64,000 bases of DNA from an uncultured Alphaproteobacteria bacterium (GTDB lineage: Bacteria > Pseudomonadota > Alphaproteobacteria > UBA11222), in assembly GCA_947258435.1 (NCBI GenBank), contig CAMYID010000022.1:170961-234960 (forward strand), given 5' to 3'. How positions within the stretch are numbered: position 1 is the first letter of the stretch; each line of letters begins with the position of its first letter. The notes under the pieces were generated by a model. The model ran no database searches, had not been told where the DNA came from, and saw only the letters and a program-made list of their open reading frames with translations. Position numbers and translations under genes: made by a program. Of the stretch, positions 1-9,247 are shown one piece after another.

Positions 1-691
1 CGAGGCGGCCATCGTAAAGCGCGCGGCCCGAAATCACCCCTTCAATGCCCGGACAACTGGCCGCTTTGAGCGCGGCCAGATCGTCGATCGAGGTGACGCC
101 ACCGCTTGCAATCACGGGGATCGATATCTCATTTGCCAGCGCCACCGTGGCGGCCACATTGAGCCCCTGCAACGCGCCATCGCGATCGATATCGGTATAG
201 ATGACAGCAGCAACGCCCGCATCTTCGAACTGCCGGGCAAGCGCCAGCACGTCGATCTCGGTTTCCTCGGCCCAGCCTTCAACCGCCACCCTGCCGTCCC
301 GCGCGTCGATGCCAACGGCGATGCGCCCGGGAAAGCGCCGGCAGGCGGCACGCACAAGATCGGGATCGCGCACCGCAACGGTGCCCAGAATGACACGCCG
401 CACACCCCGTTCAAGCCAGTCCTCGATCGTGGCCATATCCCGGATACCGCCGCCAAGCTGCACCGGCACGGACACCGCGGCCAGAATGGCCGATACCGAA
501 TCGCCATTGACCGGCCGGCCTTCGAACGCCCCGTTCAGATCGACAAGATGCAGCCAGGAAAAGCCCTGCCCGGCAAAGCTTTTCGCCTGCGCCGCCGGGT
601 CGGTGTTGAATATGGTTGAGTTATCCATATCGCCGCGCAGCAACCGCACACAAACGCCGTCTTTCAAATCGATGGCGGGAAACAGGATCAT
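1..691 (-). CDS. hisA: HisA (ProFAR isomerase), 3' part truncated by window edge
   Basis: Reverse-strand translation from ATG at 691 reads [24 protein letters not shown]...VIASGGV..., a classic HisA N-terminus and TIM-barrel motifs. The reading frame runs off the window start. Confidence 0.85.
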   Translation of the reverse strand, partial: MILFPAIDLKDGVCVRLLRGDMDNSTIFNTDPAAQAKSFAGQGFSWLHLVDLNGAFEGRPVNGDSVSAILAAVSVPVQLGGGIRDMATIEDWLERGVRRVILGTVAVRDPDLVRAACRRFPGRIAVGIDARDGRVAVEGWAEETEIDVLALARQFEDAGVAAVIYTDIDRDGALQGLNVAATVALANEISIPVIASGGVTSIDDLAALKAASCPGIEGVISGRALYDGRL

Positions 692-757
692 GAAGTCAAA
701 CCTTTACTAGCAAAAACAATCTGCGACGGGCAAAACATAACCGGGTGAGCATGGCTG

Positions 758-1318
758 TCAGCCCAGCTGTTTCGAATAATAGCGGCCACTGATATAACGC
801 CCCTTGAGCCGCGCATAGCGGGGTTTTTCGCCCCAGCATTCAAATCCGTGCGCCTCGAACAGGGCTATCGCCGCGTGCCGGTCGGCGCGGACATGCAGAT
901 CGATATTCTTGTATCCGCGTTGCCGCGCCTCCCTGGTCAGCTGTTTCAGAATGCCGCGCGCCACCCCATGCCCACGCGCCCAGGGGGCGATGAAAAAGGT
1001 CGTCAGCTCAACCGCAAACGCCCCCGCCTCGTTATTGGGGGAAGGGTGATAAAGCTGCGCCGTACCGACAATCCGGCCATCGAGCCGGCCCACATAGAGG
1101 CTGCGTTCAGGAACAAGCAGCACCCCTTTCCAGTAATTCTCAAGAATGCGTGAAGGTGGCACTTTCGTCCACAAGAACCCTTCGCCATCGATGATCGCCT
1201 CGGCGGTGATTTCACACAGATCCGCCAGATCAGTGCCCGCCAATTCGTCAAGCCGGTCGATCTGCACTCTTGCCCGACGCGATCTGGTGGCCGAAGCCGG
1301 AGAATCAGTTTGCGACAT
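758..1318 (-). CDS. GNAT family N-acetyltransferase
   Basis: 186-aa ORF. The acetyl-CoA binding motif (RGHGVARGILKQLTREARQRGY) is typical of GNAT. It sits between hisH and hisA. Confidence 0.75.
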   Translation of the reverse strand: MSQTDSPASATRSRRARVQIDRLDELAGTDLADLCEITAEAIIDGEGFLWTKVPPSRILENYWKGVLLVPERSLYVGRLDGRIVGTAQLYHPSPNNEAGAFAVELTTFFIAPWARGHGVARGILKQLTREARQRGYKNIDLHVRADRHAAIALFEAHGFECWGEKPRYARLKGRYISGRYYSKQLG

Positions 1319-1342
1319 GTTTACTGCCTCTTTGCTTCATTG

Positions 1343-1374
1343 CCTTTTGGCCTTTTGGCCTTTTGGCCTCTTGG
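1343..1374. repeat. Tandem octamer CCTTTTGG x4 (last copy CCTCTTGG)
   Basis: Read directly: tgCCTTTTGGCCTTTTGGCCTTTTGGCCTCTTGGcg. It lies in the 73-bp gap between the hisH stop and the GNAT start. Confidence 0.7.
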
Positions 1375-1391
1375 CGATCCCGGACCGCCTC

Positions 1392-2069
1392 TCAGGGCCG
1401 CCAGTTCAGAAAATTGGCAATCAGATTCAGCCCCAGATTCTGGCTTTTTTCCGGGTGAAACTGCACACCGACGATATTGTCGCGCCCTACTGCCGCAGTG
1501 ATCGGCGCGCCGTAATCAACCGTCGCGAGCACGCGCTCAGGCTCGGTCGGCTGAAAATGAAAGGAATGCACGAAATAGCCATGCCCGTCCCCGTCAAGCT
1601 GCTGCATAAGCGGGTGAGCGCGGCCGGCCGTCAGATTGATGACGTTCCAGCCCATATGCGGGATCTTCAGCGCCGGATCAGTGCGTGCAATCGCGGTAAC
1701 CTCCCCCGCGATCCAGCCAAGACCGGCAAATTCACCATGCTCCAGGCCGCGCTCGGCCAGAAGCTGCATCCCGACGCAAATGCCCAGAAACGGCCGCCCG
1801 GCGCCGATCACCGCCTCCTCAAGCACCTGCCGCATACCGGCAATTGCAGACAGCCCGGCTGCGCAATCGCCGAACGCACCCACGCCGGGCAGGACGATCC
1901 GCTCCGCCGCGCGCACCTGCTCGGGATCGTCGGTCACCAAAACCGGCAGATCCTGGCCCAGTTCGCGGGCCGCCCGCTCGAACGCCTTGGCCACCGAACG
2001 CAGATTGCCCGAGCCGTAATTGATGATCGCAACGCTCACCGCCGACCCTCCGGCAGGGAAAATCCCCAC
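1392..2069 (-). CDS. hisH: Imidazole glycerol phosphate synthase glutaminase subunit HisH
   Basis: VAIINYGSGNLRSV...GICVGMQLL...GVQFHPEKS, a class-I amidotransferase triad and HisH signature. The true start may be the GTG about 30 nt inside (VSVAIINYG). Confidence 0.85.
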   Translation of the reverse strand: MGIFPAGGSAVSVAIINYGSGNLRSVAKAFERAARELGQDLPVLVTDDPEQVRAAERIVLPGVGAFGDCAAGLSAIAGMRQVLEEAVIGAGRPFLGICVGMQLLAERGLEHGEFAGLGWIAGEVTAIARTDPALKIPHMGWNVINLTAGRAHPLMQQLDGDGHGYFVHSFHFQPTEPERVLATVDYGAPITAAVGRDNIVGVQFHPEKSQNLGLNLIANFLNWRP

Positions 2070-2641
2070 GCGCTGGATCCCGAACGCGGGCTCGGCGGGC
2101 GGATCGCCGCCACAGCCGGCATGATCCCCGTTGAGACGGGGTATGCCGTCCCTTTATCCGCCCCATTATCGGCCGCATCATTCGTCGGGCGGCCCCCGGT
2201 TGGTTCGGCGGTGGGTTCGGCAGTTGATTCAGTTGCGCCGCAATCGCTGCTTACCGCGGCTGGCCCGCGGGTACCGAAATAACGCTGTTCGGCCTGCGGC
2301 AGATTTTCAGCCGCGATAGTCGCGCGATGCACAAACCCCTTTTCGCGCAGATGCCAGCGGCGCAGCTCATTCGCCTCATATGCGACAAGCAGCGAAAAGC
2401 CCAGGATAACAAACTGCCCGTAAGCCGGTTCGGCAAGCAGGGCCTGGCCGGCGGCTGTAACCGCAAAGGACACAAGCAGATAGCCCCCCGTCACAAGCCA
2501 CATCCGATGATACAGCATCCAGATAATCGGGAAGAACAGGGCCGGCCAGCAAAAGCCCTCCTTCACGAAAATCACGCCATTTCCCGGGTCGGTCGGGTCG
2601 GACGCACCGTCCCCATGTTCGAAAACCGTATAAATCCGCAT
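2036..2641 (-). CDS. DUF2628-like small membrane protein
   Basis: 201-aa ORF with two hydrophobic helices (ALFFPIIWMLYHRMWLVTGGYLLVSFAV) and a low-complexity Ala/Glu/Pro/Thr C-terminus. It occupies the conserved slot between hisB and hisH in alphaproteobacteria and overlaps the hisH start by ~34 nt. Confidence 0.55.
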   Translation of the reverse strand: MRIYTVFEHGDGASDPTDPGNGVIFVKEGFCWPALFFPIIWMLYHRMWLVTGGYLLVSFAVTAAGQALLAEPAYGQFVILGFSLLVAYEANELRRWHLREKGFVHRATIAAENLPQAEQRYFGTRGPAAVSSDCGATESTAEPTAEPTGGRPTNDAADNGADKGTAYPVSTGIMPAVAAIRPPSPRSGSSAWGFSLPEGRR

Positions 2642-2676
2642 GCCTTACCGTTCCTGCGCCCCGGCGCGCGGCGCGC

Positions 2677-3276
2677 CTACAGGCTGCCGCTCAGGGTACC
2701 CTTGGTCGACGGGGTACTGTCGCCCGCGCGCGGATCGATCTCCACCGCCTGTCGCAATGCCCGCGCCAGCGCCTTGAAACAGGATTCCACAATATGGTGG
2801 TTATTTTCCCCATATAGGGTTTCCACATGCAAGGTCACCCCCGCCGCCTGCGCAAAGGCCTGAAACCATTCCTTGAACAGCTCGGTATCCATATCGCCCA
2901 GCTTGGGCTTGCTGAAGGCGACCTTCCAGACCAGATAGGGCCGGTTGGAAATATCGAGCGCCACCCGTGTGCAGGTCTCGTCCATCGGGATTTCCGCCGC
3001 CCCATAGCGACGGATACCGACCCGGTCGCCAAGCGCCCTGGCCACCGCTTTGCCGATGACAATGCCCGTATCCTCGGTGGTGTGGTGGAAATCGATATGC
3101 AGATCGCCTTTCGCGCGCACCGTCAGATCGATCAGCGAATGCCGCGAAAGCTGTTCAAGCATATGATCGAGAAAGCCGATTCCGGTCGCCACATCGTAAC
3201 GGCCCTGCCCGTCGAGCGCGATCGTCGCCTCAATCTCTGTTTCCCTGGTGGTCCGGCTTACATTGGCGCTGCGCAT
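2677..3276 (-). CDS. hisB: Imidazoleglycerol-phosphate dehydratase HisB
   Basis: From the internal ATG: [23 protein letters not shown]...[15 protein letters not shown]...[15 protein letters not shown], the IGPD metal-binding motifs. The listed 337-aa ORF is an upstream read-through from a TTG. Confidence 0.85.
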   Translation of the reverse strand: MRSANVSRTTRETEIEATIALDGQGRYDVATGIGFLDHMLEQLSRHSLIDLTVRAKGDLHIDFHHTTEDTGIVIGKAVARALGDRVGIRRYGAAEIPMDETCTRVALDISNRPYLVWKVAFSKPKLGDMDTELFKEWFQAFAQAAGVTLHVETLYGENNHHIVESCFKALARALRQAVEIDPRAGDSTPSTKGTLSGSL

Positions 3277-3460
3277 GCCAATCTCCCGGGGAGCCGCGCT
3301 CCCGCTGATCTTGTGGAAAATGCCGCGCCCTTGTATCAGGAAGCGCGGCCCGACGCCAGCCATCGCGCGGATTGCGCGTGGCGGGCTTGACCGCGGCGGC
3401 AAAAGCTCCACATTGTAAGGCGCGTTCCGACGTAAATGTCCAATCAGAATCCGGTATTTC

Positions 3461-4042
3461 ATGTCTTCTTCCCACGCTGCTGACCCGACCGGTTGGCACG
3501 GCACGACAATTCTTTCGATCCGCAAGGGCGATATGGTGGTCATCGCGGGCGACGGCCAGGTCACGCTTGGCGATACGGTGATCAAAGCCAGCGCGCGCAA
3601 GGTGCGGCCGCTCGGCAAGGGCGCGGTGATTGCGGGCTTTGCCGGCGCGACGGCCGATGCTTTCACCCTGTTTGAGCGGCTGGAGGCCAAGCTTGAGCAG
3701 TTTCCCGGTCAGCTCACCCGCGCCGCGGTCGAGATGGCGAAGGACTGGCGCACCGACCGCTATCTGCGCCGGCTTGAGGCGATGATGGCGGTGGCTGACG
3801 CCCAGGTGAGCCTTGTGCTGACCGGTACAGGCGATGTGCTGGAGCCCGAGCGCGGGGTGATCGGCATCGGGTCGGGCGGCAATTACGCCCAGGCGGCGGC
3901 GCTGGCGCTGATCGATATGGATCTTCCCGCCGAAGAAATCGCCCGCCGCGCCATGGCGATTGCCGCCGATATCTGCGTTTACACCAACCAGAATGTCACG
4001 CTTGAAAAACTGCCGATCATCGCCCCGCCGCAAGGCGACTGA
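3461..4042 (+). CDS. hslV: ATP-dependent protease subunit HslV
   Basis: [31 protein letters not shown]...GSGGNYA, an Ntn-hydrolase/HslV signature. Divergent from hisB. Confidence 0.9.
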   Translation: MSSSHAADPTGWHGTTILSIRKGDMVVIAGDGQVTLGDTVIKASARKVRPLGKGAVIAGFAGATADAFTLFERLEAKLEQFPGQLTRAAVEMAKDWRTDRYLRRLEAMMAVADAQVSLVLTGTGDVLEPERGVIGIGSGGNYAQAAALALIDMDLPAEEIARRAMAIAADICVYTNQNVTLEKLPIIAPPQGD

Positions 4043-4097
4043 ACCGGCCACAGCCCCCTCAAGCCCCCTCAAGCCCAACGGATAAACGAACCAGCTT

Positions 4098-5429
4098 ATG
4101 ACAATATCAGCCACAGAAACGGTATCCGCCTTTTCCCCGCGCGAGATCGTTTCCGAACTCGACCGCTATATCGTCGGCCAGAATGACGCCAAGCGCGCCG
4201 TCGCCATTGCCCTGCGCAATCGCTGGCGCCGCCAGCAGCTGCCCGAGGAAATGCGCGACGAGGTGCTGCCCAAGAATATTCTGATGATCGGGCCGACCGG
4301 CGTCGGCAAGACGGAGATTTCGCGCCGGCTCGCAAAACTCGCCCAGGCACCCTTCATCAAGGTGGAGGCGACCAAATTCACCGAGGTGGGCTATGTCGGC
4401 CGCGATGTGGAGCAGATCGTCCGCGATCTGGTGGAAACCGCCATCACCATGACGCGCACGCGCAAACGCCGCGAAGTCGAATCCCGCGCCCATCTTGCCG
4501 CCGAGGAACGGGTGCTCGACGCGCTTGTCGGGGAACAGGCGAGCAGCGGCACCCGCGATGCCTTCCGCCGCAAATTGCGCGATGGGGAACTGGACGACAA
4601 GGAAATCGAAATCGATGTCGCCGATTCGGGCGGCGGCATGCAGTCATTCGAAATTCCGGGCATGCCCGGCGCCAATATGGGAATGATCAATCTGGGCGAT
4701 ATTCTGGGCAAGGCGATGGGCGAGCGCACCCGCAAGAAAAAAGTGCAGGTGCGCGACAGCTATGATCTGCTGATCGCCGAGGAATCGGACAAGCTGCTCG
4801 ATGAGGATCAGCTTGTGTCCGAAGCCCTGCATGTGGTGCAGAATCACGGTATTGTCTTTCTCGACGAGGTCGACAAGATCTGCGCGCGCAGCGACCGGCA
4901 GGGGGCCGATGTCTCCCGCGAGGGGGTGCAGCGCGACCTGCTGCCCCTGATCGAGGGGACAACGGTCAGCACCAAGCATGGTCAGGTGCAGACCGATCAT
5001 ATTCTGTTTATCGCCTCGGGCGCGTTTCATGTGTCGAAACCTTCGGACCTGCTGCCCGAACTGCAGGGGCGGCTGCCGATCCGGGTCGAGCTTCAGCCCC
5101 TGACGCGGGAGGATTTCCGGCAGATCCTGAGCGAACCTGAAAACAGCCTGATCAAGCAATATGTCGCGCTGCTGGGAACCGAGGAGGTGACCCTCGACTT
5201 CACCGAAGACGGGATCGACGCGCTGGCCGATATCGCGGTGGAGATCAACACCAATGTGGAGAATATCGGCGCGCGGCGGTTGCATACGGTGATGGAGCGC
5301 GTGCTCGACGAGATCAGTTTTTCAGCCACCGACCGGAGCGGCGAGACGATCACCGTCGATGCCGGTTTCGTCGAACGCCATATCGGCGATCTGGCGCGTA
5401 ATACCGATCTGTCGAAATTCATCCTCTAA
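4098..5429 (+). CDS. hslU: ATP-dependent protease ATPase subunit HslU
   Basis: [29 protein letters not shown]...[16 protein letters not shown]...[11 protein letters not shown]; AAA+ Walker A/B with HslU length (443 aa). Confidence 0.92.
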   Translation: MTISATETVSAFSPREIVSELDRYIVGQNDAKRAVAIALRNRWRRQQLPEEMRDEVLPKNILMIGPTGVGKTEISRRLAKLAQAPFIKVEATKFTEVGYVGRDVEQIVRDLVETAITMTRTRKRREVESRAHLAAEERVLDALVGEQASSGTRDAFRRKLRDGELDDKEIEIDVADSGGGMQSFEIPGMPGANMGMINLGDILGKAMGERTRKKKVQVRDSYDLLIAEESDKLLDEDQLVSEALHVVQNHGIVFLDEVDKICARSDRQGADVSREGVQRDLLPLIEGTTVSTKHGQVQTDHILFIASGAFHVSKPSDLLPELQGRLPIRVELQPLTREDFRQILSEPENSLIKQYVALLGTEEVTLDFTEDGIDALADIAVEINTNVENIGARRLHTVMERVLDEISFSATDRSGETITVDAGFVERHIGDLARNTDLSKFIL

Positions 5430-5491
5430 CCAGCTAACCAGCGCGTGCACAGCCTGGCAGGCGCTTTGTTCCGTGACAGTAGCCGCGCGAT

Positions 5492-6178
5492 TCAGTCGCG
5501 CGGGCGCTGCCGGCGCAGATAGACATAAAGCGCGCCATCGCCGCCATGATGTTGGCGGGCGGGATGAAAGGCAACGACAAAACCGCCAAGTTCGGGCTCG
5601 GACAACCAAAGCGGCACCAGCCGGTGCAATACGCCGCGCCGCCTGTCGGGCATAAAACCTGTCGATTTATGGACATGTGATGAACCGCTATCCATCTTCT
5701 TGCTGCCCTTGCCGGTGATGATGAGAACGCAGCGCCGGCCCGCGCTGAACTGCGCGGTAATGAAGTGCCGCAGGGCACGATGCGCCCCTTCCTGCGTATG
5801 ACCGTGCAGATCAAGCCGTGCTTCTATCTCGATCTTGCCGCGACTGAGCCGGGTGGCGTTGCGCCTATCAAGTCCCGACAGTGACGAGCGGACGGGCTCG
5901 CTCTGTCGCCACACGGGCCGGGAGGGGGTGGCACTGCCCTCGGGCCGCAGGCGGGTGTGAACAGGCGGGACGGATGGCGGGGCGGTGGCAGGCGGCACCG
6001 GGCCTTGCCGGGGCGGCATTTCAGCGGCGCGCGGCGGATGGCGGTCCGGATTTTCCGCTGCCACAGATTGGCGGGCTTTGCGGTTTTTCAGAGGCCGCGC
6101 TTCCGCCATCGCCCGCGAAAACAGGGCGATTTCATCGGCGGTTGCACGGCGTCTAGGTTTTCGGCCAGTCATCGCCAT
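5492..6178 (-). CDS. Smr domain-containing protein
   Basis: C-terminal Smr domain (LDLHGHTQEGAHRALRHFITAQFSAGRRCVLIITGKG). The start is uncertain: in-frame ATGs lie at 6211/6193/6178/6172, and all overlap the lutC 3' end. Confidence 0.65.
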   Translation of the reverse strand: MAMTGRKPRRRATADEIALFSRAMAEARPLKNRKARQSVAAENPDRHPPRAAEMPPRQGPVPPATAPPSVPPVHTRLRPEGSATPSRPVWRQSEPVRSSLSGLDRRNATRLSRGKIEIEARLDLHGHTQEGAHRALRHFITAQFSAGRRCVLIITGKGSKKMDSGSSHVHKSTGFMPDRRRGVLHRLVPLWLSEPELGGFVVAFHPARQHHGGDGALYVYLRRQRPRD

Positions 6179-6836
6179 CCACCAGCAAGACATGTAAGCG
6201 TTTGGGCCCATGTGCCCCCATGATCATCGTCATGGCGATATCGGCGGTGCGCGAGGGCCCCGAAATCAGATTGACCGTGCGGGGCATCTGCCTGTTGCGC
6301 GCCCGGCGCAACCTTTCCCAGCCATCTTCCAGCGCACCCACAAGGCGACGGGCCGGCAGGATCGCAATATGGGTTTCGGGCAGGAAATTCATCAATGTCG
6401 GGGCGTTGTCGCCTGAATGCACAAGCAGACTGCCGGTTTCCGCAATCCCGGCAAACGCGACAGACACCCCCGTTGCATCGCCCGGTTCAGGCACCCCTTC
6501 AGCCACCTCCCAGGGCGCAAGCGGTGCGCGCTCAAGCCCGCATAACAGCGGATCGGGCTGCAAGCGCAGCGGACCGGTCACCTCCTGCGCACGCAGATAG
6601 GCCGCAATTGCGGGAAAAATTTCCGCCACCCCGTCAAGCTGCTGAACCGTGCCGGCATTGGCCCCCATCCGGCTGGTGAAAGCCTCCCGTGCCGACGCGC
6701 CTGCCACCTGCGCGCGGGCGGGAACAAGATTCGGCTCATGTCCCGACAACCGCGCCCGCACGGCTGCCGCACGTCCCGGTTCAGCAGCTACCGCCGCACG
6801 AATCCGGTCGAGGATCTGCGCACGCGGATCAGCCAT
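6153..6836 (-). CDS. lutC: Lactate utilization protein C (LutC/YkgG, LUD domain)
   Basis: From the internal ATG: MADPRAQILDRIRAAV...GVSVAFAGIAETGSLLVHSGDNAPTLMNFLPETHIAILP, a LUD/DUF162 fold. ATGGCTGA overlaps the lutB stop. Confidence 0.72.
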   Translation of the reverse strand: MADPRAQILDRIRAAVAAEPGRAAAVRARLSGHEPNLVPARAQVAGASAREAFTSRMGANAGTVQQLDGVAEIFPAIAAYLRAQEVTGPLRLQPDPLLCGLERAPLAPWEVAEGVPEPGDATGVSVAFAGIAETGSLLVHSGDNAPTLMNFLPETHIAILPARRLVGALEDGWERLRRARNRQMPRTVNLISGPSRTADIAMTMIMGAHGPKRLHVLLVDGDDWPKT

Positions 6837-8298
6837 CGCTGTGCTCCTTTTCCGGCACCCGCTCGGTCGCGCGCCAGGCCGCCATGAAGCTTGTCGCCTC
6901 GGGCGCGGGGAAATCGCGCGCGCGCGTCCAGCCTCCGCCCAGCGGCAGATAGCTGAAGGCCCCCCGGTCACGCCCCGCGCGCGCCAGTATCCGTACCCCG
7001 AGATCAGCCGCCATACGATAAAGCCGCGGCCGCCGCGCGACCCACGCCCAGACGCGCATCGCCCATCTTTCCCGCGATGATATCTTCTGTGTACCGAACG
7101 CATCCTCGCGCCATTCACGCATCAAGGCGGGCAGGGGAATCCGCATCGGACAGACCGCCTCGCACCGACCGCAAAAGCTTGACGCGAAAGGCAGGGATTT
7201 TGCGGTATCGAGCCCGTCAAATTGCGGGCTGAACACCGCACCCATCGGACCCATATAAGTGGTGCCGTAACTATGTCCACCGACCGCGGTATAGACCGGG
7301 CAATGGTTCATGCAGGCTCCGCACCGGATGCAGCGCAGGATGTCGCGTTTGGTCGAATGCAGCAGCTCGCTGCGCCCGTTATCGAGCAGGATGACATGGA
7401 AAGCCTCAGGCCCGTCAAGATCGGATTTGCGTTTCGGGCCGGTGGAAAATGTGGTGTAGACGGACATTTCCTGCCCCGTCGCCGAGCGCGCCAGAACACG
7501 TAGCAGGGTAGCCGTATCCTCAAGCGTCGGAACGACTTTTTCGATACCCGCAATCACGATATGTACAGGCGGCAGGGATTGCGTCAGATCGCCATTCCCC
7601 TCATTCGTCACAATGACCGTAGAGCCGGTTTCGGCGACCAGAAAATTCGCACCCGTAATACCGACATCCGCGTCGATATATTTCTGTCGCAGCAATTCGC
7701 GCGCCTCTGCAACAAGCGCGCCGCCATCCTCGAGCCGCTCCGTCTTGCCATAGGCACGGTGATGGGTATGAAAAAGATCGGAGACCTGATCTTTGGTTTT
7801 GTGGATCGCCGGGCCGATGATATGGCTTGGCGGTTCTTCCGCAAGCTGAATAATATACTCGCCAAGATCGGTTTCGACCGGCGCAATGTCATGCGCTTCG
7901 AGAAAACGGTTCAGACCGATTTCTTCCGCCACCATGGATTTGCCCTTGGTGACGGTTTTGGCGTTCACCTCACGACAGATATCAAGCACCGCGCGGCGCG
8001 CGGCGGCGGCATCCGCGCACCAATGCACATGCCCGCCTGCTGCCAGAACCTGCCGCTCGAATTCCTCAAGATAAAGATCGAGATGATCGAGCGTATGATC
8101 CTTGATCGCCGCGGACGCATCGCATAATGCATCAAATTCCGGCAGGGCAGCGGCGGCGCGGCGGCGATTACCGCCAAAACCGGCGGCAATCTGGCGCAGT
8201 GCCTGCTGCAGTTGCGGATCGTTCAGCGCCTGTTCCGCATTATCGTGGAACGCGGCCGGACTGCGCTGCATCCTTTGTGCGCTGCCGGGTTCAGTCAT
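6829..8298 (-). CDS. lutB: Lactate utilization protein B (LutB/YkgF, 4Fe-4S + LUD domain)
   Basis: MTEPGSAQRMQRS... with two Cys clusters (CIRCGACMNHCPVY and CGRCEAVCP) and a DUF162 region. The start ATG at 8298 overlaps the lutA stop (ATGACTGA). Confidence 0.8.
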   Translation of the reverse strand: MTEPGSAQRMQRSPAAFHDNAEQALNDPQLQQALRQIAAGFGGNRRRAAAALPEFDALCDASAAIKDHTLDHLDLYLEEFERQVLAAGGHVHWCADAAAARRAVLDICREVNAKTVTKGKSMVAEEIGLNRFLEAHDIAPVETDLGEYIIQLAEEPPSHIIGPAIHKTKDQVSDLFHTHHRAYGKTERLEDGGALVAEARELLRQKYIDADVGITGANFLVAETGSTVIVTNEGNGDLTQSLPPVHIVIAGIEKVVPTLEDTATLLRVLARSATGQEMSVYTTFSTGPKRKSDLDGPEAFHVILLDNGRSELLHSTKRDILRCIRCGACMNHCPVYTAVGGHSYGTTYMGPMGAVFSPQFDGLDTAKSLPFASSFCGRCEAVCPMRIPLPALMREWREDAFGTQKISSRERWAMRVWAWVARRPRLYRMAADLGVRILARAGRDRGAFSYLPLGGGWTRARDFPAPEATSFMAAWRATERVPEKEHSDG

Positions 8299-9148
8299 GA
8301 CCGTTCCCCCGTTCTCCAGCATTCGCGACGGCAGACTTTGGAAGATGGGTAGCGGCGACAGGGGGAGCGGCGATAGGGGGAGCGGCGATAGGGGGTGCGG
8401 CACAGCTAGCGGCAAGCAGTTCGGCCAGATGGCGGAATTCAAGCGGCAGATCGCGACGCCGGGCCCGGCCGGCAAGATGCAGCAGACAACCCAGATCAAG
8501 AGCGGTCACGGTCTGCGCCCCGCTTGCCATGAATGCGTCGAGCTTACGGTCCGCCATATGGGCTGAGATATCGTCATATTTGACGCAGAATGTGCCACCG
8601 AAGCCGCAGCAGCTTTCCTTCTCCGCCGATTCGGCAAGTTTTAAATCTGCACACTGATCGATGAGCGCGCGCGGCGCATCCTCCACCCCGAGCTCACGCA
8701 ATGCGGAGCAGCTGTCATGATAGGTCATGTGATACGTCTGCGCAGCGCCTTGCGGTGCCTCGAAGGCCGCAATTTCTGTCAGAAATGCGGTAAGCTCATA
8801 TGTCTTGCCGGAAAGTGCGGCCGCATTCTCGCGATAGGCCGGATCGTCGCCGAGCAGTTTCGGATAGTGATTGCGCAGCATCGCCGCGCAGGAAGCGGAC
8901 GGCACCACAACATAGCGGTAGGGGGTCAGCAGATCGACATTCTGCCTGGCCAGGGCAACCGCATTATCCCGGTCGCCAGCATTATAGGCAGGCTGCCCGC
9001 AGCAGCTTTGCCCATCGGGCACGATGAGTGTGCAGCCCGCCGCGCGCAGCAAACGGACAGCCGCAAAACCCGCGCTTGGGCGAAAGAGGTCAACCAGACA
9101 GGTGACAAACAGCGCCACCTCGCCCGGTACGGGATCACCATGCGACAC
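8291..9148 (-). CDS. lutA: Lactate utilization protein A (LutA/YkgE, CCG-domain Fe-S oxidoreductase)
   Basis: VALFVTCLVDLFRPSAGFAAV...QSCCGQP...CCGFGGTF, the two CCG motifs. The C-terminal tail (AAPPIAAPPIAAPPVAAT) is encoded by a 15-bp tandem repeat. Confidence 0.8.
   Translation of the reverse strand: MSHGDPVPGEVALFVTCLVDLFRPSAGFAAVRLLRAAGCTLIVPDGQSCCGQPAYNAGDRDNAVALARQNVDLLTPYRYVVVPSASCAAMLRNHYPKLLGDDPAYRENAAALSGKTYELTAFLTEIAAFEAPQGAAQTYHMTYHDSCSALRELGVEDAPRALIDQCADLKLAESAEKESCCGFGGTFCVKYDDISAHMADRKLDAFMASGAQTVTALDLGCLLHLAGRARRRDLPLEFRHLAELLAASCAAPPIAAPPIAAPPVAATHLPKSAVANAGERGNGHD
8348..8405. repeat. 15-bp tandem repeat (GGGGGAGCGGCGATA, ~4 copies, outer copies degenerate)
   Basis: Read directly: gGTAGCGGCGACA GGGGGAGCGGCGATA GGGGGAGCGGCGATA GGGGGTGCGGCACAG. 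It lies in the lutA 3' end, just upstream of the lutB ATG. Confidence 0.7.
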
Positions 9149-9247
9149 TTATCCTGCCCCCGTCCTGTGCCAGATTGTCATCGTTCCGAGATCGGCATCG
9201 TTTCGAAATCGGCATTGTCTTGAGACCAGCATTGTCTTGTCCACCCC

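Noticed and set aside
1146-2282. Long plus-strand ORF (378 aa) and many other 150-700-aa ORFs antisense to real genes (e.g. 3230-4114, 23103-24431, 26971-28152, 35106-36689, 45678-46565, 47820-49427, 51039-53249, 54423-56240, 58134-59711, 60220-61326)
   Set aside because: They lie opposite genes with strong, recognisable protein signatures, have Arg/Ala/Gly/Pro-rich low-complexity translations with no motifs, and are the usual stop-codon-poor shadow frames of high-GC DNA.
5476-5494. CGCGCGA-ttcag-TCGCGCG hairpin at the hslU/Smr convergent junction as a terminator
   Set aside because: It has no adjacent U-tract and overlaps the Smr stop codon; it is probably just GC-rich coding sequence.
8348-8405. 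Tandem repeats here and at 1343-1374 and 38450-38475 considered as possible CRISPR arrays
   Set aside because: Units of 8-15 bp, head-to-tail with no spacers, and at most 4 copies. There are no cas genes, so they are not CRISPR.
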